From sequence record MN988463.1: a stretch of 24,000 nucleotides of DNA; one strand, 5' to 3'. How positions within the stretch are numbered: the first letter of the stretch is position 1; every line of letters starts with the position of its first letter. The notes below the pieces were generated by a model that saw only the letters and a list, made by a program, of their open reading frames with translations, ran no database searches and was not told the DNA's origin. The stretch is from Rhizobium phage RHph_TM29. A program made the position numbers and the translations under genes. Shown here in pieces: positions 16,088 through 23,751 of this stretch.

Positions 16088-17978
16088 CTTCGAGACCTAT
16101 TACGACAAGGAATACTCGCTCAAGAAAATGACGCCGGTCGAGTATATACTTGATCCGCGTTTCGAGTGCACGGGCCTTGCCGTCAAGCGTGGTACCGATA
16201 AGGCGTTTTGGGTCGAAGGTGACGAGGTCGAGGACTTCTTCAGGAGCGAGCCCGAGGACGTCATGGCCATATCGCACAATGCGCTGTTTGACATGTGCAT
16301 CTGTTACTTCCGGTATGGCTGGTCACCCAAGATGATGTGCGACACACTCGGTATTAGCCGGTCACTGTTTCAGGCGTTCCTGCGCTCGCTATCGCTGGAG
16401 AGCGTGGCCAACCATCTGGGGCTTGGGCAGAAGGACAAGGGAGCGCTGGCCAACGTCATTGGCATGCGCCTTGCTGATATCCGCAGGTACCCCGAGATTT
16501 ACCAGCGTTTCAAGACATACGGCTGCGAGGATGCTGAAATGTGCTGGGGCATTTTCGAGAAGACAGTGCTTGCCGGGCAGTTCCCACCGATGGAGCTAGC
16601 TGTGATGGACGCCGTTCTGCGCTGCGCTGTCCAGCCTCAATTTGTCATCAACCAAGACAAGCTGCACCAGAGCCTTGGTGAAATTCTCAAAGAGAAAGAC
16701 GAAATCCTTGCGTCCGCCATGCTACTCGGCATTGACGATGAGGAGAAGAAGTCACAGCTTATGTCCAACGACAAATTCGCTGCGCTGCTGGAGCAGCTGG
16801 GCGTTGACCCGCCGACAAAGATATCCGGCACCACCGGGAAAGTTACATGGGCGTTCGCAAAGCAGGACCAAGAGTTTCTGGATTTGCTGGAGCATCCGAG
16901 CCCTGCCGTGCAGGCAGTGATGGCGGCGCGCTTTGGGCACAAGTCCACCATTGAAGAGACCCGGCACCAGCGCTTCATCAACATATCCAACCTTCACTGG
17001 CCGGAAACAAAAGTTACCTCCGGCGGTAACCTGCGCCTTATGCCAATGCCGCTCCGTTACGGCGGCGCTCATACCCATCGCCTGTCGGGCGACTGGAAGC
17101 TGAACGTGCAGAACATGGGCCGTGGGTCCACACTGCGCTCCTCCCTTGAAGCACCTCCCGGCTATGTCGTGGTGGCCGGTGACGAGAGCCAAGTAGAAGC
17201 ACGCTTCGTCTGTACGTTGTGCGGGCAGGAGGATATGCGGGCACAGTTCGAACGCGGCGAGGACGTTTACTCCATCTTCGCCAGCGATCTATTCAACATG
17301 CAGGTTACCAAGGCGAACAAGATTGAGCGCTTCATTGGAAAGCAATGCATTTTGGGCCTTGGCTTTGGGCTGGGCGACGAGAAGTTCACCAAATCCATTC
17401 CCATTCTGGCATGGAACCAGCTGCGGATAAGGATGACCTACACGCCGGACGAAGGTAAGAAGGCGGTCACAACCTATCGCACCAAGAACCCATACATCAA
17501 GAACACATGGAAGCTGCTGAACACACAGGGCATAAATGCATTGCTCGGCGGCGGGGACTGGAAGTGGGGGCCGGTGTGGTTCCGCAAGGAGCGCATTGAA
17601 CTACCGAATGGCATGTTCCTCTATTACCACAATCTCCGGCAGGAGGCTGGCGGGCGGTTCGGCACAGAGTGGGTATTCGAGTACGCCGGGAAAAAGAAAC
17701 GCATTTACGGAGGGAAGCTCCTTGAAAACATTGTTCAGGCTCTTGCTCGCATCATCACTATGGAAGCCGCTGTACGAGTACGGCTGCGTCTTGCCAGATT
17801 GGGGATACCTCTTGCACTTCAGGTTCATGACGAACTGGTTTTCGTCGTTAAGAAGGAACACGAAGCCATCACCAAACTTGTCCTTGAGCACGAACTCAAG
17901 CAGCGGCCAGCATGGCTCCCCAACCTACCGCTCGACTGCGAAGTGGGGTCTGGGCCGTCATACGGCGACGCAAAATAG
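16068..17978 (+). CDS. Family A DNA polymerase with N-terminal 3'-5' exonuclease-like segment
   Basis: LTLDFETYYD exonuclease motif; GDESQVEARF; QVHDELVFVV motif C. Confidence 0.93.
   Translation: MKKLTLDFETYYDKEYSLKKMTPVEYILDPRFECTGLAVKRGTDKAFWVEGDEVEDFFRSEPEDVMAISHNALFDMCICYFRYGWSPKMMCDTLGISRSLFQAFLRSLSLESVANHLGLGQKDKGALANVIGMRLADIRRYPEIYQRFKTYGCEDAEMCWGIFEKTVLAGQFPPMELAVMDAVLRCAVQPQFVINQDKLHQSLGEILKEKDEILASAMLLGIDDEEKKSQLMSNDKFAALLEQLGVDPPTKISGTTGKVTWAFAKQDQEFLDLLEHPSPAVQAVMAARFGHKSTIEETRHQRFINISNLHWPETKVTSGGNLRLMPMPLRYGGAHTHRLSGDWKLNVQNMGRGSTLRSSLEAPPGYVVVAGDESQVEARFVCTLCGQEDMRAQFERGEDVYSIFASDLFNMQVTKANKIERFIGKQCILGLGFGLGDEKFTKSIPILAWNQLRIRMTYTPDEGKKAVTTYRTKNPYIKNTWKLLNTQGINALLGGGDWKWGPVWFRKERIELPNGMFLYYHNLRQEAGGRFGTEWVFEYAGKKKRIYGGKLLENIVQALARIITMEAAVRVRLRLARLGIPLALQVHDELVFVVKKEHEAITKLVLEHELKQRPAWLPNLPLDCEVGSGPSYGDAK
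17013..17030. repeat. Dispersed dyad, copy 26
   Basis: GTTACCTCCGGCGGTAAC, within DNA polymerase CDS. Confidence 0.9.
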
Positions 17979-18033
17979 GGGGTGGCAGGACAGGGTTACG
18001 CCGCTGTGCGCCAGCCTGCGGCTCGGCAAAGTA

Positions 18034-18204
18034 ATGGATTTGCCACCGGCCCGCATCGATAATAACAGCGCGGCACAGCTTGCCAACCTGATTGCCGAAA
18101 TGGCAATTCAGCTGGACGTGTCGGCGGACATGATGCAGCGCAAGGACAAGGCCATCAGCGAGCTTTTGGACAAGATAGTTACCTTGGAGGGTAACGATGC
18201 ATGA
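18034..18204 (+). CDS. Hypothetical small protein
   Basis: MDLPPARIDNNSAAQLANLIAEMAIQLDVSADMMQRKDKAISELLDKIVTLEGNDA*. Confidence 0.55.
   Translation: MDLPPARIDNNSAAQLANLIAEMAIQLDVSADMMQRKDKAISELLDKIVTLEGNDA
18178..18195. repeat. Dispersed dyad, copy 27
   Basis: GTTACCTTGGAGGGTAAC, overlays SD of ATG 18197. Confidence 0.9.
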
Positions 18205-18490
18205 GTTTGAAGACCTGCCAAAAGAAACGCAAGCAACACTCATGCTTCTCGGAGAGGGGTGGGTGTATCAATGGTCATACAACACCTTTCTCAAGCGCGG
18301 TAGGGGTGTTGGGCCAGACGTTGCTATTGACGCCGCCACCATGAAAGAACTGACCGAGGAGGAATATTACAAGCTCAGGCTAGAGGTGGACAGCGGCACA
18401 GAGGGTAAAACTGCAATCGACAAGTTTGCAGAAGAACTCTTGGTTACTGACGCTGTGATATTTGACACTCTCCGCAAGCTGGGGGACTGA
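18197..18490 (+). CDS. AMLLG-motif small protein
   Basis: PKETQATLMLLGEGWVYQWSYNTFLK...AIDAATMKELTE. Confidence 0.8.
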   Translation: MHEFEDLPKETQATLMLLGEGWVYQWSYNTFLKRGRGVGPDVAIDAATMKELTEEEYYKLRLEVDSGTEGKTAIDKFAEELLVTDAVIFDTLRKLGD

Positions 18491-18491
18491 G

Positions 18492-18833
18492 ATGTTTGAC
18501 CAAGCACTGTATGACCGGCTGATAGCGAGAACCGTGCTCGACATGCACGGGTGCCGGATATGGCAGGGCCAGACGGACGGCAAGAAGGACAAGACCAACG
18601 TTTACGGCAGAACCACCCGGAAGGGTGTCACCATCGCAACACACATCGCCATGTGGTGGGCGGTGAAGGGGCGACCCCGCAAAGGCATGCAGATCGACCA
18701 CCGATGCGCCAATACGCTGTGCATCGAGATAACGCATTTGCAGGAGCGGACGAACCTGAAGAACTCCCGGCTGCGCGAGAAGCGGAAGAAGCACAAGGGT
18801 GACGTGCTGAAGTGCTTGGCGGTGCGTGGATGA
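18492..18833 (+). CDS. HNH endonuclease
   Basis: YGRTTRKGVTIATHIAMWWAVKGRPRKGMQIDHRCANTLCIEITHLQERTNLKNS. Confidence 0.85.
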   Translation: MFDQALYDRLIARTVLDMHGCRIWQGQTDGKKDKTNVYGRTTRKGVTIATHIAMWWAVKGRPRKGMQIDHRCANTLCIEITHLQERTNLKNSRLREKRKKHKGDVLKCLAVRG

Positions 18834-19039
18834 AGCCAAAGAAGAAAATGACAAACTTGGAATACGATGCAGCGGCAATGCTTCTTGGGTATCATTATAT
18901 TCCAGACTGCCATGTATATGTATCAGTGCCAGAGCCAGTAAAAATTACCTCTAGGGTAACTTATTACGATCCTGATACCCTAAAGGAAATACCGGGAACG
19001 GAATGGATAAAAAGAAGAGGGTGCTTCAGAGGGGGTTGA
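18830..19039 (+). CDS. AMLLG-motif small protein
   Basis: NLEYDAAAMLLGYHYIPDCHVYVSV...YYDPDTLKEIPG. Confidence 0.8.
   Translation: MKPKKKMTNLEYDAAAMLLGYHYIPDCHVYVSVPEPVKITSRVTYYDPDTLKEIPGTEWIKRRGCFRGG
18944..18960. repeat. Dispersed dyad, copy 28 (17 nt)
   Basis: ATTACCTCTAGGGTAAC, within CDS. Confidence 0.75.
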
Positions 19040-19064
19040 CAACCTCTTGGCAACATGCTATATA
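19036..19064 (+). promoter_or_regulatory. Sigma70-type promoter for winged-helix gene
   Basis: TTGACA - 17 nt - TATACT; shares TTGACAACCTCTTGRC with the 10975 promoter. Confidence 0.8.
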
Positions 19065-19091
19065 CTTCTGACCGTCAACAGGGAAATTAAC

Positions 19092-19406
19092 ATGCAGAAT
19101 ACATTGGCACTCCCGGAGCGCGACACCGAGCATGAACGAGTGCTTGGAATTGTGTTCGAACTATCGCCGGGGCAGGCGAGCGTCCTATCCTGTTTGGTCC
19201 GTGGCGCGGTCGCCAAGACCGATGAACTGCTGGAATATAGCGGCCTTGCTGGACCAATGAAAGTTGTCATCTTCCGCACGCGGGAGAAGATGCGCACTCA
19301 CGGGGTATTTATCCGAAGCAAGATCAACGTCGGTTACTGGATCGACGGCGACGACAAGAAGAAGGTCGAAAAGGCCGTCGCCAAGTTCCTCGGCAACGCT
19401 GCGTAG
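19092..19406 (+). CDS. Winged-helix transcription regulator, OmpR/CtrA C-terminal type
   Basis: LSPGQASVLSCLVRGAVAKTDELLEYSG...VVIFRTREKMRTHGVFIRSKINVGYWID. Confidence 0.65.
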   Translation: MQNTLALPERDTEHERVLGIVFELSPGQASVLSCLVRGAVAKTDELLEYSGLAGPMKVVIFRTREKMRTHGVFIRSKINVGYWIDGDDKKKVEKAVAKFLGNAA

Positions 19407-19415
19407 GGGGGTGCC

Positions 19416-19862
19416 ATGACGTCGTATGACAACCCCCTTTATGGGGCAATTCGGAAGATGACCCCGGCGGAAATAGCCGAGAGGGACAGGGTACAGCGGC
19501 ACATGGACCAGATGACGCAAGACATGTACCACGGCGGCTTGGTAAAGCAGGGCGCTATACCTGCGCCATTAACCGCCACCGAAATTGGAATGAGAATACA
19601 AGAAGCACTTGCACAGAAGCAGCACACACAAAGGGCAATGACCGGCATGCTTACTGAGAGCCTAGCCCACACGCTACTCGCTGGTAGACTTCGTATCGGC
19701 AACGGTGATGTGTACCCATTTGCCCATCTGTCGTTCCACATCGGACCAGAAACCGTTACTCTCTTTGTCATGGGCAAGGGCGGGCCGGTCATTCTGGAGG
19801 ACAGCGCCAGCCTGTTTCCATCTGACGATCTGATTGGGAAGTTACAGTTACTTCGGGGGTAA
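19416..19862 (+). CDS. Hypothetical protein
   Basis: 148-aa open frame. Confidence 0.65.
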   Translation: MTSYDNPLYGAIRKMTPAEIAERDRVQRHMDQMTQDMYHGGLVKQGAIPAPLTATEIGMRIQEALAQKQHTQRAMTGMLTESLAHTLLAGRLRIGNGDVYPFAHLSFHIGPETVTLFVMGKGGPVILEDSASLFPSDDLIGKLQLLRG

Positions 19863-19863
19863 C
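19847..19863. repeat. Dispersed dyad, copy 29 (17 nt)
   Basis: GTTACTTCGGGGGTAAC, overlays SD of ATG 19865. Confidence 0.8.
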
Positions 19864-19864
19864 A

Positions 19865-20059
19865 ATGAAGCTATTCACGGATGAGCATTTCACAGTTGGT
19901 GGCGTATCGTTCTCAATCCGCCGAGTAAGCACCCCAGCCCACCACACACGATTGGGGCATTTTGTCCTATTCCAAGCAGGCCGGTTCCGCTGCCGTGGGA
20001 CCAAGAAATTATGCAAGGCTTGGGCCAAGCACTTCGCAAAGGTGACAAATGAGATATAA
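19865..20059 (+). CDS. Hypothetical protein
   Basis: 64-aa frame with SD in dyad arm. Confidence 0.55.
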   Translation: MKLFTDEHFTVGGVSFSIRRVSTPAHHTRLGHFVLFQAGRFRCRGTKKLCKAWAKHFAKVTNEI

Positions 20060-20741
20060 TGCCAAGTCCGTGCCAAAGTCATTCTCGTTTTCGTATAGCA
20101 AACTGAAGAACTTTCGCACATGCCCGCGTCGCTACCACGATATTGACGTGGCAAAAATATATCAGGAGAACGACAACGCCGGGCATCTGGCAGAGGGCAA
20201 TCGTGTCCACAAGGCGTTTGAGCAGCGCATAAGCAAGGGCGTGCCGTTCCCTGCCGATCTGGCACACTATGAAGATGCTGCGCTCCGCTTGCTGACACTG
20301 CCCGGCACCATACTGACCGAGCAACAGCTTGCCATCCGCGAGGACCTGTCGCCTTGTGAGTGGTTTGCCAAGGACGCATGGTATCGCGGCATCGCTGACC
20401 TTGTCGCCATCAACGGGCCGGTGGCCATAGCCATCGACTACAAGACAGGCAAGATTGTGGAGGAGACCGAGCAGCTGGCGCTGCTGGCTGAATGCATCTT
20501 CTCCCATTTCAAGGAGGTGCAGGCCGTCCGCACCGAGTTCTGGTGGTTGCGAGAAGACGCTGCGACCCGCGAGGACTTCCGGCGCAATAAGCGGCACGAG
20601 ACATGGGCAGCTGTTACCCCAAAGGTAATGGAGTTGAAGCATGCCCACGACACCATGACATTTCCACCCAAGCAGAACGGGCTGTGCCGCAACCATTGTA
20701 TAGTAACGGGGTGCCCATTTCATGGCGGTGGTAAGAAATAA
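20049..20741 (+). CDS. PD-(D/E)XK nuclease, RecB/Cas4-like, probable Fe-S cluster
   Basis: FRTCPRRYHD; GNRVHKAFEQ; IAIDYKTGKI; C-terminal CRNHCIVTGC. Confidence 0.8.
   Translation: MRYNAKSVPKSFSFSYSKLKNFRTCPRRYHDIDVAKIYQENDNAGHLAEGNRVHKAFEQRISKGVPFPADLAHYEDAALRLLTLPGTILTEQQLAIREDLSPCEWFAKDAWYRGIADLVAINGPVAIAIDYKTGKIVEETEQLALLAECIFSHFKEVQAVRTEFWWLREDAATREDFRRNKRHETWAAVTPKVMELKHAHDTMTFPPKQNGLCRNHCIVTGCPFHGGGKK
20613..20629. repeat. Dispersed dyad, copy 30 (17 nt)
   Basis: GTTACCCCAAAGGTAAT, within nuclease CDS. Confidence 0.75.
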
Positions 20742-21000
20742 CCTACTCTATAGCCAAATCCTGTGCTTTGGCTGGCAGTTTTATCTGGAAGGGCGGTTTA
20801 ATAGGAGGTTCAGGGTCGATGTGCATTTTGACCCACAAACGTTTTTCTATTTTGCTCGCATCCTGATTACCAGAGAGCCGAACGGCGAAGCAGTGTATGT
20901 ATTTGAGCAAATAGATGAACGAACTGTAATGGAGAAAGGGTGGACGGCTATTTACCCATCGGATGAAACAATAGCCAAGATAATGCTCCTTATAGGATAA
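20722..21000 (+). CDS. Hypothetical protein ending in AMLLG-like helix
   Basis: C-terminus PSDETIAKIMLLIG*. Confidence 0.5.
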   Translation: MAVVRNNLLYSQILCFGWQFYLEGRFNRRFRVDVHFDPQTFFYFARILITREPNGEAVYVFEQIDERTVMEKGWTAIYPSDETIAKIMLLIG

Positions 21001-21005
21001 CACCA

Positions 21006-21221
21006 ATGACCGATATCAACCCACACGCATTCGAGCCCCTGCCGGGCACAAAGCCGGTGCCGGTCCATGAACACACGGATGGCTGTCGCTGGCCCATCGG
21101 TGAGCACCCCACCATGTACTGCAACGCACGAGTGATGGGTAAAACTGCCCGGTATTGCACCGCTCACAGCCGCATGTCCTATACCCCGTTAAAGGTTACC
21201 TCCCATGGTAATTTACGCTAA
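21006..21221 (+). CDS. GcrA C-terminal-like (sigma70-interacting) domain protein
   Basis: GCRWPIGEHPTMYCNARVMGKTARYCTAHSRMSYTP matches the GcrA C-terminal signature; N-terminal HTH of GcrA is absent. Confidence 0.8.
   Translation: MTDINPHAFEPLPGTKPVPVHEHTDGCRWPIGEHPTMYCNARVMGKTARYCTAHSRMSYTPLKVTSHGNLR
21195..21212. repeat. Dispersed dyad, copy 31
   Basis: GTTACCTCCCATGGTAAT, contains ATG 21205. Confidence 0.85.
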
Positions 21222-21441
21222 CAAGGCCGAGCAGTTGAAGGCCGAGCAGGAGGCGGGGCGGCGCACGGTTCTCAAGCGATCAGCGGAAGCATGTGTGGAG
21301 AAAGTGCAGCGGAGAACTGGTGTAAGGTTCAAGTTTGTGCAGGGCGACCAGACAACAATTTACTGGTTGGAAGCTGAAAACGGTACCCGCTACACTGCTG
21401 AAGAATTTATCGCTATGGCGATGCTGTTAGGAGATGAATGA
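21205..21441 (+). CDS. Small protein with C-terminal AMLLG helix
   Basis: ...RFKFVQGDQTTIYWLEAENGTRYTAEEFIAMAMLLGDE*. Confidence 0.65.
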   Translation: MVIYANKAEQLKAEQEAGRRTVLKRSAEACVEKVQRRTGVRFKFVQGDQTTIYWLEAENGTRYTAEEFIAMAMLLGDE

Positions 21442-21776
21442 TGGCGACGACCCCGGAAGGAAAAGTGAAGGCAGAAGTCAAGAAAGTGCTTGCACAGTTT
21501 GGCGAGCATATAGATGGTTTCTGGCCGGTGCCGTCCGGTCTGGGGGAGAGCCACCTTGACTATGTTGGCTGCGTGGACACTCCGCAAGGTGGCCGGTTCT
21601 TTGCTATCGAGACCAAGGCCCCCGGCAAGAAGCCCACGCCACGGCAGGCGCTCCGTATCGAGAACGTGAAGAAAGCCGGTGGTGTCGTATTCGTCATCGA
21701 CGGCACGCCCAAGACGGACACTGTAGGTCAGCTGTTTTCATGGTTGAAGGTGGTTACTTCGGGAGGTAACAGTTGA
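21438..21776 (+). CDS. VRR-NUC domain nuclease
   Basis: LDYVGC..., RFFAIETKAPGKKPTPRQALRIENVKKAGGVVFVIDG. Confidence 0.85.
   Translation: MMATTPEGKVKAEVKKVLAQFGEHIDGFWPVPSGLGESHLDYVGCVDTPQGGRFFAIETKAPGKKPTPRQALRIENVKKAGGVVFVIDGTPKTDTVGQLFSWLKVVTSGGNS
21753..21770. repeat. Dispersed dyad, copy 32
   Basis: GTTACTTCGGGAGGTAAC, overlays SD of TTG 21773. Confidence 0.9.
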
Positions 21777-21958
21777 TCCCCATCGAGCGCTATCTTGAAC
21801 GGCAGGTGAAGGGGCTGAAAATCACCGCTTCCAAGCGCAAGGACAAGGCGCTGGCCATGCAGTGCGAGTATAGGGGCAAGAAGTTCGTTGTAGGTTTCAA
21901 GTCCCCGTGCAGTGCATTGCAGATGATCGAGGAGATTAGGAAGCATGACCGAAGATGA
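21773..21958 (+). CDS. Hypothetical small protein
   Basis: TTG start with GGGAGG SD; MIPIERYLERQVKGLKITASKRKD... Confidence 0.6.
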   Translation: MIPIERYLERQVKGLKITASKRKDKALAMQCEYRGKKFVVGFKSPCSALQMIEEIRKHDRR

Positions 21959-22163
21959 ACACCATGCGCGGGCGATGTTAATGGGTGCGATATACATGCC
22001 ATCCCGTGGATGGTATTCCTTCATGAGGGATGAAAAGGGTGCTTTTAAGTACCCTATACACAGGCTGGACTGTATCACACTTGAGCCCATATCCTCTCAA
22101 GAACACGAACGCCGGGTGAAAGCCCCAAAAGAACTCGGAGAACCGTGGTATCCTCATGACTGA
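21945..22163 (+). CDS. AMLLG-motif small protein
   Basis: MTEDEHHARAMLMGAIYMPSRGWYSFM...LDCITLEPISSQ. Confidence 0.8.
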   Translation: MTEDEHHARAMLMGAIYMPSRGWYSFMRDEKGAFKYPIHRLDCITLEPISSQEHERRVKAPKELGEPWYPHD

Positions 22164-23739
22164 ATTGCACGTGTCCGCTGCTCATAAAATGCTTGTCGTA
22201 CCGCAAAGCACTGCGGTGGCGAACATGTTCCCTTCCGCCCGCGTGGTCGATCTGAAGGGCAAGCCCTATCATCTGGTGCCGCACCATCCTGCCGAGTGCT
22301 TCTTGCTGCGCACGATGGGCTACACGGTTCCGGCACCCATCCTGACCCACTACGAGTGGCCGGGCACGTTCAAGCCGTTCGATGCACAGCGGCAGACAGC
22401 TGGTCTGCTCACCATGAACAAGCGCGCCTATGTGCTCAACTCCATGGGCACCGGCAAGACGTCGGCGGCGCTGTGGTCGTGGGATTACCTTTACGGTAAC
22501 GGGCTGGCGAAGAAGCTGCTGGTCATATGCCCGCTGTCCACCATGAAATTCACGTGGCAGCGCGAGGTGTTCAACACCCTGCCACACCGTAAGGCAGTCG
22601 TATGCCACCACGGCCAGAAGGCCAAGCGCATTGAACGGTTGAACGACCAGACCGCCGACATTTACATCGTCAACCACGACGGCGCGAAGCTGCTGCATGA
22701 CGAGATAGCAAAGCTGGTGAAGGCCGGGGTCATCGACACCATCGTGATTGACGAGTTGGCGGTTTACCGCAACGGGCAGTCACAGCGCACAAAGGCCATG
22801 AAGGTGCTGGCAAAGGACATGGAGTGGGTATGGGGCATGACCGGCTCGCCAATGCCACGCTCCCCATGTGACGTGTGGGCACAGTGCCAGATCATCACCC
22901 CAAGCACGGTGCCGAAATTCTTCGGGCATTTCCGTGACACGGTGATGACCAAGCTGAACCAGTTCAAGTATGTGCCCAAGCCCAACGCGGTCGAGAAGGC
23001 ATATGCTGTCATGCAGCCAGCCGTCCGCTTCACCATGGACGACGTGACCGAACTGCCGGACGTGGTGCACCAGACACGCGATATCCCCATGGGGCCGGTG
23101 CAGGCCAAGGTATACAAGGCGCTGGCGTCCGCATGCCACGCTGCCGTAGCCTCCCACGAAATAACCGCCGCCAATGCTGGCGCGGTGATGATGAAGCTGT
23201 TGCAGGTGGCCACCGGGTGGGTCTACGACAAGAAACGCACCACAGTTACCTTGGACGGTAACGACCGCATTCAGACGCTTGTCGATACCATTGACGAGGC
23301 TGACCACAAGGTGCTTGTCTTCGTGCCGTTCATCCATGCACTGGACGGCATCAGCGCGGCGCTGGAGAAGGAAGGAATTGAGCACGCCACCGTGTCCGGT
23401 GCCACGCCGATCACCGAGCGCTCCAACATATTCAACCTGTTCCAGAACACCGACAAGTACAAGGTGTTGCTGGCACACCCGCAGTGCCTTGCCCATGGCA
23501 TCACCTTGACGCGAGCCAATGTGGTGGTGTGGTACGCGCCGGTCACGTCTCTTGAAATTTACGAGCAAGCCAATGCCCGCATCCGGCGTATCGGGCAGAA
23601 GCACAAACAGCTTATCCTGCACCTACAATCCACTCCGGTGGAGAGGAAAATCTATAAGTTGTTGCAGAATAACCAGCAGGTGCAGGACGCATTTCTTGAA
23701 ATGTTCGCAGACGCCACAAACCAGAACCCTATTACCTGA
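22156..23739 (+). CDS. SNF2-type DEAD/DEAH helicase
   Basis: NSMGTGKTSAAL, VIDELA, GMTGSP, YEQANARIRRIGQK. Confidence 0.9.
   Translation: MTELHVSAAHKMLVVPQSTAVANMFPSARVVDLKGKPYHLVPHHPAECFLLRTMGYTVPAPILTHYEWPGTFKPFDAQRQTAGLLTMNKRAYVLNSMGTGKTSAALWSWDYLYGNGLAKKLLVICPLSTMKFTWQREVFNTLPHRKAVVCHHGQKAKRIERLNDQTADIYIVNHDGAKLLHDEIAKLVKAGVIDTIVIDELAVYRNGQSQRTKAMKVLAKDMEWVWGMTGSPMPRSPCDVWAQCQIITPSTVPKFFGHFRDTVMTKLNQFKYVPKPNAVEKAYAVMQPAVRFTMDDVTELPDVVHQTRDIPMGPVQAKVYKALASACHAAVASHEITAANAGAVMMKLLQVATGWVYDKKRTTVTLDGNDRIQTLVDTIDEADHKVLVFVPFIHALDGISAALEKEGIEHATVSGATPITERSNIFNLFQNTDKYKVLLAHPQCLAHGITLTRANVVVWYAPVTSLEIYEQANARIRRIGQKHKQLILHLQSTPVERKIYKLLQNNQQVQDAFLEMFADATNQNPIT
22484..22500. repeat. Dispersed dyad, copy 33 (17 nt)
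   Basis: ATTACCTTTACGGTAAC, within helicase CDS. Confidence 0.75.
23245..23262. repeat. Dispersed dyad, copy 34
   Basis: GTTACCTTGGACGGTAAC, within helicase CDS. Confidence 0.9.
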
Positions 23740-23748
23740 GGAGGTAAT
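23731..23748. repeat. Dispersed dyad, copy 35
   Basis: ATTACCTGAGGAGGTAAT, overlays stop codon and SD of TTG 23752. Confidence 0.85.
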
Positions 23749-23751
23749 GCT

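Noticed and set aside
16650-16770. AMLLG string (DEILASAMLLGIDDEE) inside the DNA polymerase
   Set aside because: It lies in a normal family A polymerase context (LMSNDKFAALLEQLGVDPPTKISG) with no following DADTMEP segment, so most likely a coincidental match and not a family member.
1280-23748. CRISPR-like array interpretation of the dispersed repeats
   Set aside because: Units are 18-nt dyads hundreds of bp apart, many within genes, without uniform spacers.
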